Assembly (NCBI GenBank): GCA_016188985.1
Contig: JACPGM010000053.1
Coordinates: 4,290 to 68,289 of the forward strand
DNA length: 64,000 nucleotides
Reading direction: 5' to 3'
Source: Lentisphaerota bacterium
GTDB taxonomy: Bacteria > Verrucomicrobiota > Kiritimatiellia > JAAZAB01
The translations under genes and the position numbers were made by a program. The notes beneath the pieces were generated by a model that worked only from the letters and a program-made list of their open reading frames with translations, made no database searches and was not told the DNA's origin. Below, in pieces: positions 63,030 through 64,000 of this stretch (position 1 is its first letter; every line of letters begins with the position of its first letter).

Positions 63030-63198
63030 CCACGGAGACACGGAGAGAAAAATTCTCCTCCCAGGTTCTCTTCCAACCAATCGGTGCGCGCATCCCGAGG
63101 CGCGCTTACGCGCGCTCGGGATGCGCGCACCGCTCCTGTGGGGAGCCGGAAGAGATTAAGAAGACGGAGTCATTCTCCGTCCCTCCGTGCCTCCGTGG
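63030..63198. repeat. Nested palindromic element between divergent genes (outer arms ccacggagacacggagag/ctccgtgcctccgtgg; inner ~22-bp-stem hairpin 63083-63131)
   Basis: The inner hairpin is ggtgcgcgcatcccgaggcgcgc-tta-gcgcgctcgggatgcgcgcacc. The outer arms are imperfect inverted repeats. Confidence 0.7.
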
Positions 63199-63438
63199 TG
63201 AATCCTCTCTTGCTTTACATCTTCTTGTTTTTTACCGCGGTTCCTGATGTATCAGGCTCTAAAGTAGTGCGATGTCCGCAACCGAAAAATTTTCGCCATG
63301 CGCGGATCCGCACAGGCGGACCCCCGCGCAGCGCGGGATGACAGGGATGACCTGGGATACGAATGGTCAAGGCATTGACAATTGTCCGGCGACCGTCAAC
63401 AATCAGTGCTATCAGTGCCATCCGTGGCAGGTAATTAC

Positions 63439-64000
63439 ATGATTTTAATGATCAGCATGCTGAACCGTAAGAGCTACGACCAGCGGGATGGCCCCGCCAA
63501 GCTTAAATGCCGGCTGGAACGCCTGAGCGGTCGGCCGGTTCGGATAATGCATTATGCCGCGGCCAACCCTGCCTCGGTCAAGGCCGCGGAACCTAAAGCC
63601 ATCTTTATCACCGGCTCGCCGGATCCTTGGCCGAGCGTGCGCGTGAAAGATTTATATGGGCTGGACGACCTGTTGCATTCCACCACTATACCAGTCCTGG
63701 CCGTTTGCCAGGGCCACCAGTTGATCGGCCACTGTTTCAATCGGGATTTAAGAAAAGCGCGCCTCTTGCCGGATGAGCCCATGCGCCGCCTGCGGCCGGG
63801 TGAGCCGGATACCGGCGCGGTTTATGGGCATCAGGGCTATTACTATGCCGAGACCTTCGTCGAGGTAAAGATTTTGCGCCGGGACCCGATCCTGGCGGGA
63901 TTACCGCGGCGCACTGTGGTCCGCGCCGATCATTGGTGTGAGATCAAGAAGCTGCCGCCGGGCTTTATCCATCTGGCCCGGAGCGCCGAGTGCAAGTGTG
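63439..64000 (+). CDS. Class-I glutamine amidotransferase-like protein, 3'-truncated by window edge
   Basis: This ORF is not in the supplied track and runs open to the window end. My own translation from ATG 63439 gives '...AIFITGSPDPW...IPVLAVCQGHQLIGH...', where G-x-C-x-G-H-Q is the GATase1 nucleophile elbow. Confidence 0.7.
   Translation, partial: MILMISMLNRKSYDQRDGPAKLKCRLERLSGRPVRIMHYAAANPASVKAAEPKAIFITGSPDPWPSVRVKDLYGLDDLLHSTTIPVLAVCQGHQLIGHCFNRDLRKARLLPDEPMRRLRPGEPDTGAVYGHQGYYYAETFVEVKILRRDPILAGLPRRTVVRADHWCEIKKLPPGFIHLARSAECKC

Overview
GC-rich bacterial chromosomal window. The many sulfatase and glycoside-hydrolase genes, the pseudopilins with class-III signal peptides, and the very repeat-rich intergenic spacers suggest a PVC-superphylum (Verrucomicrobiota/Kiritimatiellota-like) organism. 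That assignment is inference only. The backbone is housekeeping: leuS, ilvD, hisS, aspS, accA, accD, folC, serC, rnc, a XerD-like recombinase, HU/IHF, mscL and one tRNA-Leu(CAA). It also carries a peptide-type ABC transporter (2 permeases, 2 ATPases), two UroD-family paralogs behind a DUF1015 gene, a glycan/sulfatase cluster, and a pseudopilin cluster with two tandem PilX-like paralogs. Three accessory patches stand out. (1) A lower-GC island of about 7 kb between hisS and aspS (29.3-36.2 kb). It holds a four-helix-bundle cassette, VapBC, an AlbA_2/HATPase_c_4/wHTH gene next to a nuclease-like DUF2075 P-loop NTPase gene (a 'split Schlafen' layout, my top candidate for an undescribed defence module), and an orphan AbiEi. 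(2) A 2.9 kb lower-GC insert between accD and folC with a C-protein-controlled Dam-class type II RM system plus a DUF4145 zinc-ribbon gene. (3) A RelE/ParE-type TA pair at 56.1 kb. Almost every long spacer holds one of several MITE/REP-like repeat families. One is a ~30-nt GGCGGATCCGCC-centred palindromic unit found nested inside other repeats and inside a duplicated tRNA 3' half. No CRISPR array, rRNA, transposase or reverse transcriptase was seen. All domain calls come from reading motifs in the supplied translations, and no searches were run.
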